This document shows, in pieces, positions 10,021 to 19,922 of a DNA stretch of 64,000 bases. The notes beneath the pieces were generated by a model, which saw only the letters and a list, made by a program, of their open reading frames with translations, was not told where the DNA came from and did not search any database. Origin of the DNA: Bdellovibrionales bacterium. GTDB lineage: Bacteria; Bdellovibrionota; Bdellovibrionia; Bdellovibrionales; UBA1609. The stretch is taken from contig OZ241329.1 in assembly GCA_965199825.1 (NCBI GenBank), positions 1,856,001 through 1,920,000 of the forward strand. The letters are read 5' to 3'. The translations under genes were made by a program, and so were the position numbers. The stretch's first letter is position 1. Every line of letters starts with the position of its first letter.

Positions 10021-10461
10021 ATGATTCTATATTATTTGTTTATGACTCTCAGCTTTGCTCTTCAAACAACAGTGATCACTTCCCAAACTGATGAGAACGC
10101 AATTGTGCATCTTTCAATCAAGTGGGACGCCACCCAGCCGCCGTTTGAATACTCCGACAATACACCCAATAATTTATTTGCCCGCTCGCAAGAAATGATT
10201 TTTGGCTCAGCTAAACCGCTATTGATTACCGAATGGGAAGCGGGGAATACCCCGCTGCTAAGGATCTTTAATTTCAATTGTTTGCCCCAGCCCTTGGTGT
10301 TTAGCGAGTACATGTCGGGTGAGCCATCATTTGATAAAATGTCTCACTCGATCAAAGCCCGTTTGGCACAAAAAAAAGATGATGATTCAATTGATTTGAA
10401 AACATGTTTGATCTCGGCAGATTGCACCAAACCTTCGTGCCGTTCGGAAAATATCAAATGA
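10021..10461 (+). CDS. Small secreted hypothetical protein
   Basis: GGGAG RBS, ATG 10021, signal-peptide-like N-terminus, four Cys. Confidence 0.6.
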   Translation: MILYYLFMTLSFALQTTVITSQTDENAIVHLSIKWDATQPPFEYSDNTPNNLFARSQEMIFGSAKPLLITEWEAGNTPLLRIFNFNCLPQPLVFSEYMSGEPSFDKMSHSIKARLAQKKDDDSIDLKTCLISADCTKPSCRSENIK

Positions 10462-10527
10462 GCGAGAATGAGTTTGCATTTATATTCAAAGACTTCTTAG
10501 TCTGAGAAAGGACCAAGGAGGGACCAC

Positions 10528-10962
10528 ATGACCAAGCAGCCTGTTTCATTTTTGACTCAGTCCCGGTTTTATTCACCCGCATTCAATTCGGCGATCTTTG
10601 ATGGTCCATTTCGAATTTATTTTGCCCAATATCAGGAAGCTTTGGCGCTCAAAATTTATTTTAAACTTCAAGAACAGATGAAGGCTTTTTATGTGCAAGC
10701 CAAAGCCGAATTTAAATTGCGCGGCCGAAGTGTGTTTGTGATGCTCTATCCCTCAAGCGATACTTTTGAAAACTGTTTTTTGGCAGGCAAAAGCGCGATT
10801 CATGTGATGATGGATCATATTGGTGAAGATCCGGTGATCGGTGTCAGAGGTCCGATAAAAGATCAGGATTTTGAGCAGATCTTTTCTGAAATTGTGGCGG
10901 TGTTAGAGACCGTTCAAACTCGTCGACCAAAATCGAGCGAACGACCGCTTGATTTTATTTAG
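10528..10962 (+). CDS. Hypothetical protein
   Basis: Strong RBS (AAGGAGG), 144-aa ORF. Confidence 0.7.
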   Translation: MTKQPVSFLTQSRFYSPAFNSAIFDGPFRIYFAQYQEALALKIYFKLQEQMKAFYVQAKAEFKLRGRSVFVMLYPSSDTFENCFLAGKSAIHVMMDHIGEDPVIGVRGPIKDQDFEQIFSEIVAVLETVQTRRPKSSERPLDFI

Positions 10963-10984
10963 TCGGGCATGGCCAGTTGAGATC

Positions 10985-11494
10985 TTAAAAATCTTCGAGT
11001 TTAGGATCAGCCCAATCCATTGCACCGATACCTTCGAACACCACTTCGCCTTTTTTATTCAAAATATAATGAGTCGGAATCTCTTTGGGCTCAAACCCTT
11101 GATCAAGAACTCCATTCACCAGCTCGATATCCTCGGCTTGCCAAAACTCTAAAGAGGCTTTGATTTCTGCCGCATCCTTTGAAGCATTCAGCACAACAAC
11201 CTCAAGATCAGGCTCGCTCATTTTTTGATAAAGTCGATTCAAAACCGGGAGTTCTTTAAGACAAGGCGCACACCAATAGGCCCAAAGATCAACGATCACC
11301 ACTTTTTTGCTAAAATCATTTAAAGATTTTTTTTGTCCATCGGGACCTGACCACTTAATTTCGGGCGCTTTGTTTTTAAAAGCTTGTTCAGGTGGGCGAA
11401 AGGCTTGGAGCGCAATGGACGACTCGCCTGGTTGTTGGGTAAAATAAAATAGACCTAAAAAAAGCAGGAGCATCAGTGCTGCGGCAATTTTCAT
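10985..11494 (-). CDS. TlpA/ResA-like membrane-anchored thiol-disulfide oxidoreductase
   Basis: WAYWCAPCLKELPVL, IPTHYILNKKG; N-terminal TM; start re-set to MKIAAA. Confidence 0.88.
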   Translation of the reverse strand: MKIAAALMLLLFLGLFYFTQQPGESSIALQAFRPPEQAFKNKAPEIKWSGPDGQKKSLNDFSKKVVIVDLWAYWCAPCLKELPVLNRLYQKMSEPDLEVVVLNASKDAAEIKASLEFWQAEDIELVNGVLDQGFEPKEIPTHYILNKKGEVVFEGIGAMDWADPKLEDF

Positions 11495-11529
11495 TATTAA
11501 AAATGTGCTTCGTCGAGAGGTGGATTCGT

Positions 11530-11748
11530 TTGCTTGCATACAATTGCAACAGTAGGCGCAAAGCTCAGTCGGGTCAAATTGTGGTTGAGTATGTGTTGTT
11601 GCTCATCATTGGTGTGACCATCGCATTTTTTATTAGCACCACGATGGTTTCTCGCAGCGAATCTTCGCCTGGTTTTTTAATTCAAAAATGGAGTGCGCTG
11701 ATATCAATCATTGGCGCCGATGACGCCAATGATGTGGACCCTAATTAA
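11530..11748 (+). CDS. Flp/TadE-like small pilin (class III signal peptide)
   Basis: RRKAQSG|QIVVEYVLLLIIGVTIA: G|Q cleavage site, E+5 followed by Y, hydrophobic helix; start uncertain (TTG 11530 after GAGAGG). Confidence 0.7.
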   Translation: MLAYNCNSRRKAQSGQIVVEYVLLLIIGVTIAFFISTTMVSRSESSPGFLIQKWSALISIIGADDANDVDPN

Positions 11749-13235
11749 TTGTCCGAAATTTGATAGATCGACTCTTTAAGAAGAGGCAAAATTTCGACCG
11801 TATCTAAATTATGATCGGTGTAAAACTCAAGATGACCCAGAGCAAACAAAGCAAATTCGGCAATGATGCTGCCGTAAAATTTGCCATAATAACGACTCTG
11901 AACAATCGGTGCATTCAACACTAAGCCGGCAAAAGTGGCTTCAAAGGAATTGATACAAATACGCTGTGGATCTTGTTGTCCGTAGGGCCGGCCGCTGACT
12001 GGATCGTTCATCGCGTATCGGTATCCAGAGTCGGTGCAATTGGATCCGCAATTGTCCACTTCGGTTTGGGTGTGACCTTCGGTAGGTTCCCAATTTCCGC
12101 CGCTATCGAGATTGCGAAAGTAAGCAATCGTGTCATGGGTAGAATTCAAAGTTAGCTTTTTATAGTAGCCCGCTGAATCGGTAAGACCGGTGATTAAATC
12201 TCGATCGTGCAAAATGTCTTGGTTAAAATTAAGATTGTCCTGATAGGTGGGAGCATTACGAAGTCCAGCCGCATATTGCAGTCGATCCGACATGGTCGAC
12301 ATACCAACCATAATTGCTCGCGCACTCGAAATTTGGAGATTTGCTCCTTTCAGAGCATAGTCTCCCACATATGTTGGAGGACCTTGGATAAAAACAGATC
12401 CGGTGACATAAATGCGGCAACCCGCTTGATCCGTATCCACCTGAACGTTATTTAAAAATAAAGTGCCATCAACAAACACATCGCCACGGCAAGTAAGAGT
12501 TCCGTTGTTTGAGATATAATACTCAGTACGATTGATCGCCCCAAACTGAAGTTGAACTCCATTTAAAACTGCAGTGGGACTGCGCCACACCGCCTGAAAA
12601 TAGGGACTGACATCAACAAGTACTGCTTGCTGTAATGAAATTAAATTTCGAATCATCTGGGCGGTCGGGGCACCGATGTAGATCGATTGTTTTTCGACCA
12701 ACTTCGAAGTGATGTCGGCGCTCAAAGCATTTTGGCTCAAAAGAAAATTCTTTAAGGTCAAAGTCGAATTGTCTTTTGCCTGTAACAGTTGGGCATGTGG
12801 AATAACAAAACTGCCATCAATAGTTACCGCAGGATCGTTGAGCGTTGTAAAATAATTGGCTCCAGTAGCGTTACCTTGACCGTTAAAGGAACCGTTGTTC
12901 CATAAGCCATAGAACGTATCTTTGAATGATTGTTTTTGAATCGAATTTGTTCCGTTGCTGTTGTTTTCTTGATACTGGGTGCGACCAAAAAAGAACGGAT
13001 CTTTGTAACCAAAATCGGTCACAAGATCGCCGTGAACTTGGGCATGACACGAAATGCACGCGGGCGCGCGCACCGCAAGGGCAGGTTTAATTTCATAACT
13101 GGGCGGAATATAAGGGGTGATCGATTGCTCGGCTTGTTTAGGAATAAGCGATACATTCGAACAATTCTGAAATAACAAAATTGTAAGAGAAGCCAGAAGA
13201 AATCCCGCTAACTTATATTTCTTTAATAATGCCAT
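11745..13235 (-). CDS. Lipoprotein with single CxxCH motif and beta-rich repetitive body
   Basis: LLFQNCS lipobox; ACISCHA; C-terminal LVLNAP..GKFYGSIIA. Confidence 0.7.
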   Translation of the reverse strand: MALLKKYKLAGFLLASLTILLFQNCSNVSLIPKQAEQSITPYIPPSYEIKPALAVRAPACISCHAQVHGDLVTDFGYKDPFFFGRTQYQENNSNGTNSIQKQSFKDTFYGLWNNGSFNGQGNATGANYFTTLNDPAVTIDGSFVIPHAQLLQAKDNSTLTLKNFLLSQNALSADITSKLVEKQSIYIGAPTAQMIRNLISLQQAVLVDVSPYFQAVWRSPTAVLNGVQLQFGAINRTEYYISNNGTLTCRGDVFVDGTLFLNNVQVDTDQAGCRIYVTGSVFIQGPPTYVGDYALKGANLQISSARAIMVGMSTMSDRLQYAAGLRNAPTYQDNLNFNQDILHDRDLITGLTDSAGYYKKLTLNSTHDTIAYFRNLDSGGNWEPTEGHTQTEVDNCGSNCTDSGYRYAMNDPVSGRPYGQQDPQRICINSFEATFAGLVLNAPIVQSRYYGKFYGSIIAEFALFALGHLEFYTDHNLDTVEILPLLKESIYQISDN

Positions 13236-13241
13236 AACAAT

Positions 13242-13269
13242 TTATCGGTCGTTTTGAGACTAAGGTTGA
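13242..13269 (-). promoter_or_regulatory. Putative sigma28 (FliA)-like promoter
   Basis: Minus strand TCAA-N16-ACCGATAA a few bases upstream of ATG 13235. Confidence 0.4.
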
Positions 13270-13312
13270 GACAATTTTATGCGGACCAATACGTCTCAAT
13301 TTGAAACAGGAG

Positions 13313-14005
13313 TTATAAATAAACCGAAGTTCTTTTGCTCACGAGGTCGGTCAGAGTGGTTTGCATTTGATCCCTCAAATCTTCGCTGATCTCTTTAACA
13401 AGCTCCCGATCGTTGGCGGCTTCAGGTCCATAGGGCAGATAAATCGGTTTTAAAAACACCATTTTCCAGCGTGCGGGCAGTGGAATTATATTTAGCGGTA
13501 ATGGCGCCATTAATTTTTTGGGTAAACGCAATTGGGCAAGATTAATATGTGTTTCTTCAGCACCCACAATCAAGGTGGGTAGGATGGGGGACCCGGTGTT
13601 CAAAGCCATTCGCACAAAACCACGCTTAAATTCTTGCAGATGATACGCCTTAAGTGAGGGCTTGAAATTTCCCAACTCGCCTTCGGGAAATAACACCACC
13701 GCACCTTGATTCTCGAGCTTGTCGATTCCGTTTTGTTTTGTGGCTTCGACAAATCCAAATTTTTCGACAAGTTTTGTTGAGAGCGAGTTGGCAAACCACA
13801 GTTTATGGGTCATGACCGCCGGAATCTCACCCCGAATTTTTGTTAGATTGTGCGAGAGCATCATTGCATCCAAGGCCAAAAATCCAGAGTGATTGGGAGC
13901 GACGATTAAGGGTCCTTTGAGTGGAATATTCTCCGCTCCAATTATTTCGAGACGAAAGTATTTGGCAAACAGATCCATAAAAAAATAAGGCAGTCGATCC
14001 CACAT
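13313..14005 (-). CDS. Lysophospholipid acyltransferase (PlsC family)
   Basis: NHSGFLALD (HX4-5D), LFPEG, FKRGFVRMAL. Confidence 0.88.
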   Translation of the reverse strand: MWDRLPYFFMDLFAKYFRLEIIGAENIPLKGPLIVAPNHSGFLALDAMMLSHNLTKIRGEIPAVMTHKLWFANSLSTKLVEKFGFVEATKQNGIDKLENQGAVVLFPEGELGNFKPSLKAYHLQEFKRGFVRMALNTGSPILPTLIVGAEETHINLAQLRLPKKLMAPLPLNIIPLPARWKMVFLKPIYLPYGPEAANDRELVKEISEDLRDQMQTTLTDLVSKRTSVYL

Positions 14006-14067
14006 GAAGCTTTAGTAAAGCAACCAAAAGCATTGCAATTCAACCTTAAAGAATTCTTAAATAACTT

Positions 14068-15513
14068 ATGAGTTCTTACATATTGAGTATTGATCAGGGA
14101 ACAACCGGAAGCACTGTTGCGCTGATGTCAGACCAGGCGAAGGTCGAAGTTAAAGTGACGGTGGATTTTCCACAAATTTTTCCAAAGCCAGGATGGGTCG
14201 AGCATGATCCCGAAGAGATTTGGAAAAGTGTGCTCGAAGGAATCAAAAAAGTTTTGGCAAAAAAGCCAGAAGCCCAAATCGCTGCCATTGGAATCACGAA
14301 TCAGCGAGAAACTGTTGTGATGTGGGATCCAAAAACGGGCAAGCCTGTTTATAACGCCATCGTTTGGCAATGCCGTAGAACATCGGAGCGTTGCCAAAAA
14401 TTAAAAGCTGATCAAAAGTGGATTCGGAAAAAAACCGGACTGGTGATTGATCCCTATTTTTCATCCACAAAAATAGAATGGTTGCTTCAACACACGCCAA
14501 ATAAAAATGTGATTTGCGGCACGATCGATAGTTTTCTTTTGTGGCGTTTGACCAAAGGCAAGAGTCACAAAACCGATGTGTCCAATGCCTCGCGCACACA
14601 GTTGATGAATCTGAATCAACTCGATTGGGATCAAGAGCTTTTAAAAAAGTTTAAAGTTCCATTGGGCATACTGCCTGAGATTGTCTCTTCCAGCGGTGAG
14701 TTCGGCAAAGTTGTCGGTATCGAAGGAATTCAAGATGGCACACCCATCTGCGGGATGGCGGGCGATCAACAGGCCGCCTTGTTTGGGCAGGCCTGTTTTT
14801 CTCAAGGAGATACCAAATGCACTTTTGGAACGGGCAGTTTTTTGTTGATGAACACCGGCTCAAAACCCCAATTTTCAAAAAACGGTTTACTCACTACAGT
14901 GGCATGGCGCTTAAATAAACAAAAAGCTGTTTATGCACTTGAAGGCGGCGCATTTATTTGTGGGGCTGCGGTGCAATTTTTGAGAGATCAAATTCATTTA
15001 TTTTCAAAAAGTGCAGATATCGAAAAGTTGGCCTCTGAAGTCAAAGATTCAGGCGGAGTTGAATTCGTTCCGGCATTGACCGGTTTAAGTGCACCTTATT
15101 GGAATCCTCAGGCGCGAGGATTAATTTGTGGATTGACCCGCGGGACCACTATTCCTCATCTTGCCCGCGCAACCCTTGAGGCTATGGCTCTGCAAAATGC
15201 CGAGATTCTTTACTGTATGCAAGACGACACAAAAAAGAAAATCAAAAATTTAAGAGTCGACGGAGGTGCGGCAAGTAATAATCTATTGATGCAAATCCAA
15301 TCTGATTATTTAGGCCGTTCACTCGATCGGCCTCATGTGATCGAAACAACCGTTGCGGGTGCCGCATTTTTGGCGGGCCTTGGTGTGGGATTGTGGTCGG
15401 ATCAAAAATCAATTCAGTGGCAAAAAGACAAAACGTTTACGCCCCAAATAAATAAAAAATCGCGTGAGGAGCGAATGTTAAAATGGAAAAAAGCGGTCAG
15501 CCGATCGATTTAA
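14068..15513 (+). CDS. glpK: Glycerol kinase
   Basis: IDQGTTGS, GITNQRET, TDVSNASRT, GDQQAALFGQ, RVDGGA. Confidence 0.97.
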   Translation: MSSYILSIDQGTTGSTVALMSDQAKVEVKVTVDFPQIFPKPGWVEHDPEEIWKSVLEGIKKVLAKKPEAQIAAIGITNQRETVVMWDPKTGKPVYNAIVWQCRRTSERCQKLKADQKWIRKKTGLVIDPYFSSTKIEWLLQHTPNKNVICGTIDSFLLWRLTKGKSHKTDVSNASRTQLMNLNQLDWDQELLKKFKVPLGILPEIVSSSGEFGKVVGIEGIQDGTPICGMAGDQQAALFGQACFSQGDTKCTFGTGSFLLMNTGSKPQFSKNGLLTTVAWRLNKQKAVYALEGGAFICGAAVQFLRDQIHLFSKSADIEKLASEVKDSGGVEFVPALTGLSAPYWNPQARGLICGLTRGTTIPHLARATLEAMALQNAEILYCMQDDTKKKIKNLRVDGGAASNNLLMQIQSDYLGRSLDRPHVIETTVAGAAFLAGLGVGLWSDQKSIQWQKDKTFTPQINKKSREERMLKWKKAVSRSI

Positions 15514-15518
15514 AAATG

Positions 15519-16004
15519 TTAGTGTAAAAGCCCTTTGCTCACACAAGGATCATCAACCATTTGTTGATCAATTCGTTTTACCACTTCTGAGATCTCGGCG
15601 ACTGTGGTGGTCTCAGAAAATGCGGCAACCAACATCGCCATTCCATTGGGAGTTGTGCGCTTTGCTATCTTTTGGCTTTTAAAAAGTTGGGGATAAGCGA
15701 TCATCTCTTTTTTAATCAGAACAAAAAACGAAAGCAATTCGGGGTTATTGGCGACGATGATTTCGGTCAATTCAAATATTTCAAGCTGCTCTTTGTCCAT
15801 CGCAACGGCTAACGCAAGATGAGCATTTTTGATTTCGGGCGTGATATAAAGCCCAGAATGTTTGTAGTCCGAGACCATAATAAATTCGTTTTTGAATTGG
15901 GAGGACTTTCGAAACTCAAAAACTTGAAAGAGCCGCTCAATCGAAATTTCGGTGGAGGCAAAGCTAAAAGTGCTAACAAAAAAGCTCAAAATCAGTGCGC
16001 GCAT
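15519..16004 (-). CDS. Secreted hypothetical protein
   Basis: Signal peptide MRALILSFFVSTFSFA; ends DPCVSKGLLH. Confidence 0.6.
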   Translation of the reverse strand: MRALILSFFVSTFSFASTEISIERLFQVFEFRKSSQFKNEFIMVSDYKHSGLYITPEIKNAHLALAVAMDKEQLEIFELTEIIVANNPELLSFFVLIKKEMIAYPQLFKSQKIAKRTTPNGMAMLVAAFSETTTVAEISEVVKRIDQQMVDDPCVSKGLLH

Positions 16005-16033
16005 ACCGCAATTTAAAACAAGGGTGGTCCAAA

Positions 16034-17482
16034 TTAAAGATCAAAGTTGGTGACAGGCTTTGGCTTGGATTTTTTATTGTGTGAGTCCGGAATGAGTGCT
16101 TTTTTTAAATCATGCACCGATTTTATCCAAACACATTGCGAACCAAATTCCTTTAAGACCGATGGAGCAAGTGCTTTTTCGGCCGAGGCCGGAATCACAA
16201 ATGTTTTAAAGCCCATTTTTGCAGCTTCCTTTAATCGCTCCTCGACAAATGCGACCGCTCGGATTTCACCGGTCAGTCCCATCTCACCAAAAAAACAGGT
16301 TGAGGCCGAGAGCTCAAAATTCCAGTAAGTGCTCAATAAAGCTGCCGCGATGGCCACATCCATTGCGGGTTCTGAAAGTCTTAAGCCGCCGACCACATTG
16401 ACGAATACTTCGGAGCGAGCAAAATCAAGATTGAGATATTTATCAAGGACCGCCATCAACAAATGAACTCGGTTGATATCTAGTCCTAGAGCGGTTCGGC
16501 GGGGATTGGGCATTTCGCTTTTTGAGGTGAGGGCTTGAATTTCACACAGTAAGGGGCGACTGCCTTCAAGTGCGGCAAACACCGCCGAGCCCAAGGCTTG
16601 GGCGCCGCGCTCTTCCAAAAAAAATTGTGAGGGGTTGCTCACTTCGCGAAGTCCCTCAGAGGCCATCTGAAAAACGCCAAGTTCATTGGTTGCACCGAAT
16701 CTATTTTTTAAGGCGCGCAATAATCGAAAGTGGTAATGGGGATCGCCTTCAAAAGATAAAACAGTGTCAACCATATGCTCAAGAACACGTGGGCCCGCGA
16801 GCGAACCATCTTTGGTCACATGACCCACCAAAAAGACCGAAGCCTTTGCGGGGCCCTTTGCAAAACCCATCAGGGCAGCCGCACACTCGCGCACTTGGCT
16901 CACCGTACCGGGGGCAGAAGTCAATTCGGGCATATAAACAGTTTGTATTGAGTCAACAATTAAGACATCGGGCTTTTCGCTCTCAGCCAACGCCAAGATG
17001 GTATCCAGTCGACTTTCTGAAGCCACAAAAATATTTTTATTTACCGCATTGAGACGGGTGGCTCGCAATTTGGTTTGGTCGACACTTTCTTCGCCAGAAA
17101 GATAAAGAACTTTTTTATTTTCTTTAGCAAGACCTAAAGCCATTTGTAAAAGCAAAGTGCTTTTACCAATCCCGGGATCACCGCCCACAAGAACATAACT
17201 GCCCTGAACAAGTCCGCCACCTAAAACTCGATCAAGCTCATGAAGCCCTGTATGAATCCGGGCAAAAGATTTGAGATTGGTTTGATGTTCACTTAAGGCC
17301 ACCGCTTTTGCGGAGTCTTGTGAAGTTGATGCCCATCCGCGTGAACTCGATTTTTGTGCGGCAGGCATAACACGCTCTTCAACGAGGGTGTTCCATTCCC
17401 CACATTCACTGCAACGCCCCTCCCACCTTGGTCTTTGGGCACCACAACTCTGACAGACATATGTGACTTTGGGTTTTGCCAT
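16034..17482 (-). CDS. radA: DNA repair protein RadA/Sms
   Basis: CQSCG..CSECGEW zinc finger, GDPGIGKST, KNRFG. Confidence 0.97.
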   Translation of the reverse strand: MAKPKVTYVCQSCGAQRPRWEGRCSECGEWNTLVEERVMPAAQKSSSRGWASTSQDSAKAVALSEHQTNLKSFARIHTGLHELDRVLGGGLVQGSYVLVGGDPGIGKSTLLLQMALGLAKENKKVLYLSGEESVDQTKLRATRLNAVNKNIFVASESRLDTILALAESEKPDVLIVDSIQTVYMPELTSAPGTVSQVRECAAALMGFAKGPAKASVFLVGHVTKDGSLAGPRVLEHMVDTVLSFEGDPHYHFRLLRALKNRFGATNELGVFQMASEGLREVSNPSQFFLEERGAQALGSAVFAALEGSRPLLCEIQALTSKSEMPNPRRTALGLDINRVHLLMAVLDKYLNLDFARSEVFVNVVGGLRLSEPAMDVAIAAALLSTYWNFELSASTCFFGEMGLTGEIRAVAFVEERLKEAAKMGFKTFVIPASAEKALAPSVLKEFGSQCVWIKSVHDLKKALIPDSHNKKSKPKPVTNFDL

Positions 17483-17545
17483 GATCAGTCACAGTAACAT
17501 CGATCTTTTGATCATTCAACGCTTCCGGTAGACGATGAGAGAACA

Positions 17546-19918
17546 ATGATTTTAATTTTTTGTTTTCTACTCAATATCGCAGTGGGTGCCGATTTTTTTG
17601 AAAATATCCGGCCGCTTGTCCGCCAAAATAAAGTGGATGATGTTTTAATTAATTTAAAAGACGAATCAAAACTTCAAGGTGATGATTTAGCCCTGGGAAT
17701 CTTTTTAAAAGCCCGCATGTTTTATTTGAAAGGCCAATTGCAAGAGGCCTTACGGTTATTTGAGCGCGCCCAAGCCGATAAGAATTTTCGCCTGAATGCT
17801 TTTGCTCTCAACCATATTGGACTTATTTATGCAGCCAACAAGGATTTTCAAAAGGCCAAATCGGCATTTGACTTAGGGCTCAAATATCAACCCAATCGCG
17901 ATTTGCAAAACACGATTCGGTTTGAGCTCGCTGACCTTGCAATTGAGCAAAATAAATATGATTTAGCCCTTCAGCAATTGCGTGGTTTAGAACGCCAATG
18001 GAAAAGAGATGTGCGTTACCCAGAATTATTATTTCGCGAATTAAAAGTCGAAAACTTGAAGCATCACAATGCCAAGGTCTGTAAAATCGCACGCAAATTG
18101 TATTCTGAATTTCCGAGTCATCCGCTCGTGACCAATTGGTCGATTGATTTAAGAGAATCCAAACTCGATGACAAACCTCTTGGTTGTTTGGTGGCCTCAA
18201 AGGATCAATCGCGAAGGATCCATCGATTACAATACAGTGGATTTTCGGAACGGGCCCGAAAGGAAATTGATTTCTTAAGGGCAAAAGAAAAAACGCCTTC
18301 GCCACAACTTGATTTTATGTTGGCTCAATATTTGGTGAGCGAAGGTTTGGTCGACGAAGCTTTAAAACTTCTTTTAAAACGTTACGACACACAGAAAAAT
18401 AATTTTGCTTTTTTGGTTTTGCTGGCTCGAGCGGCAGCCCGAGCGGGGGAATATGAGACCGCGGTGGGTGCTTACTACAAGGCTTCAAAAATTGCGGGCA
18501 GTTCAAAAGCTGGCCGCGAGGCTTTATTTCAAGCCGCATTTTTGAGTTATCAATTTCAAGATTATGATGGCTCGGCTCGAAAGTTTGATGAATTTTTAAA
18601 AAAATATTCTCGATCGGGTTTAAAGCGAGATGCTCTCTGGCATTTGGCTTGGATTCGTTATTTAAAAGGCGATTACGAGGGGGCCTTGCGCGGGTTTGAT
18701 CTCGTACAAACCCAAATGCCCAAAAGCCGTAAAAGATCTGCAAACAAAAAACCGACTCAGCTTTTGCCCGATCGGATTCGGTATTGGAAGGCGATGTCGC
18801 TATTGCGGCTTGAAAGATTTAGCGAAGCCCAAGTTCTATTTCAAAACCTGGTTAACGACAGGGGTTTGAGTTTTTACTCTCAGAGTGCCGCCTATCGATT
18901 AGCCGAAATTCAGCCCAAAAATGAGCCGCAGCATTTACCAAACGAGCAGGCGCTCACTTTGCCTCAACCCCAAGTATCGCAAGAAATCGAAACCGACCAA
19001 GCCGAGGAATCTGAAGAAACTTTATCGATCACAAAAGATGATGCGATCGTGCCGCCCTCTGAGCCTGGGGATGATTCAGACCAAACTGAAGATGCCAAAC
19101 CCGAGCCCACTTTGTTTCGCAGCATGCAGCTCAACGCGGTGTTTGCTCGAGCTCAAGATTTAATTCGCTTAGGGCTTTATGACTGGGCCAGAGCCGAGCT
19201 TTATGAGATCGAAACCCGCACCCGAAATAAATCTCAACTTCAAAGTCTGATTGGGCTTTATGAAAAAATTGATTCCTTTAATCGGTCATCAACTATTGCC
19301 GATTTGGCCTTTGTCTCTGAACGTTTGCGCGACGGTATTGATAAGGGCAAAACATTGTGGGCCCAAGCTTATCCTGAGGCCTTTAAAAATATGGTGGAGG
19401 CTTCGGCCAAAAGCTATTCAATTCCTACAGAATATGTTTGGTCGATTATGCGGGCCGAAAGTCAGTACAAGTTCGACGTGGTCTCTGCGGTGGGGGCCAA
19501 AGGTTTAATGCAGCTCATGCCCAACACCGGATTTCAACTGTCAAAAATTTTGAATGAAAAAGATTTTGCCGAGGCCAGACTTTTTGACCCTGAATACAAT
19601 ATTCGCTTAGGCACCAAATACCTCTCACGACTTGGATCTAAGTTTGAAAATTCTTTGCCGCTGATTGCCGCAGCTTACAATGCGGGCCCTCATCGTGTAG
19701 AAAACTGGCTAAAGAGTTTTGGAACCCTAGATATGGATGAATTCATCGAACACATTCCCTTTGTCGAAACCCGCGATTATGCCAAAAAGGTTGTGCGCAA
19801 TTATGGCATTTACTTAAGGATTTATCGTGGTGATAGCCAAGGACTCAAATGGTTATCCAAACCGATCAACGTCAAACCGCCGAGCAAGGCGTCCTCGCGC
19901 GAATCGTGGGAGATATAA
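17546..19918 (+). CDS. slt: Soluble lytic transglycosylase with TPR repeats (Slt70-like)
   Basis: IMRAES, GAKGLMQLMPNT, AAYNAGP, IPFVETRDY; helical repeats N-terminally. Confidence 0.92.
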   Translation: MILIFCFLLNIAVGADFFENIRPLVRQNKVDDVLINLKDESKLQGDDLALGIFLKARMFYLKGQLQEALRLFERAQADKNFRLNAFALNHIGLIYAANKDFQKAKSAFDLGLKYQPNRDLQNTIRFELADLAIEQNKYDLALQQLRGLERQWKRDVRYPELLFRELKVENLKHHNAKVCKIARKLYSEFPSHPLVTNWSIDLRESKLDDKPLGCLVASKDQSRRIHRLQYSGFSERARKEIDFLRAKEKTPSPQLDFMLAQYLVSEGLVDEALKLLLKRYDTQKNNFAFLVLLARAAARAGEYETAVGAYYKASKIAGSSKAGREALFQAAFLSYQFQDYDGSARKFDEFLKKYSRSGLKRDALWHLAWIRYLKGDYEGALRGFDLVQTQMPKSRKRSANKKPTQLLPDRIRYWKAMSLLRLERFSEAQVLFQNLVNDRGLSFYSQSAAYRLAEIQPKNEPQHLPNEQALTLPQPQVSQEIETDQAEESEETLSITKDDAIVPPSEPGDDSDQTEDAKPEPTLFRSMQLNAVFARAQDLIRLGLYDWARAELYEIETRTRNKSQLQSLIGLYEKIDSFNRSSTIADLAFVSERLRDGIDKGKTLWAQAYPEAFKNMVEASAKSYSIPTEYVWSIMRAESQYKFDVVSAVGAKGLMQLMPNTGFQLSKILNEKDFAEARLFDPEYNIRLGTKYLSRLGSKFENSLPLIAAAYNAGPHRVENWLKSFGTLDMDEFIEHIPFVETRDYAKKVVRNYGIYLRIYRGDSQGLKWLSKPINVKPPSKASSRESWEI

Positions 19919-19922
19919 AGAA

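Noticed and set aside
10462..10490. Fur-like box upstream of the 10528 gene
   Set aside because: Spacing and symmetry do not fit the consensus.
16047..19508. Long antisense or alternate-frame ORFs within radA and slt
   Set aside because: Shadow ORFs of well-supported genes, without RBS or motifs.
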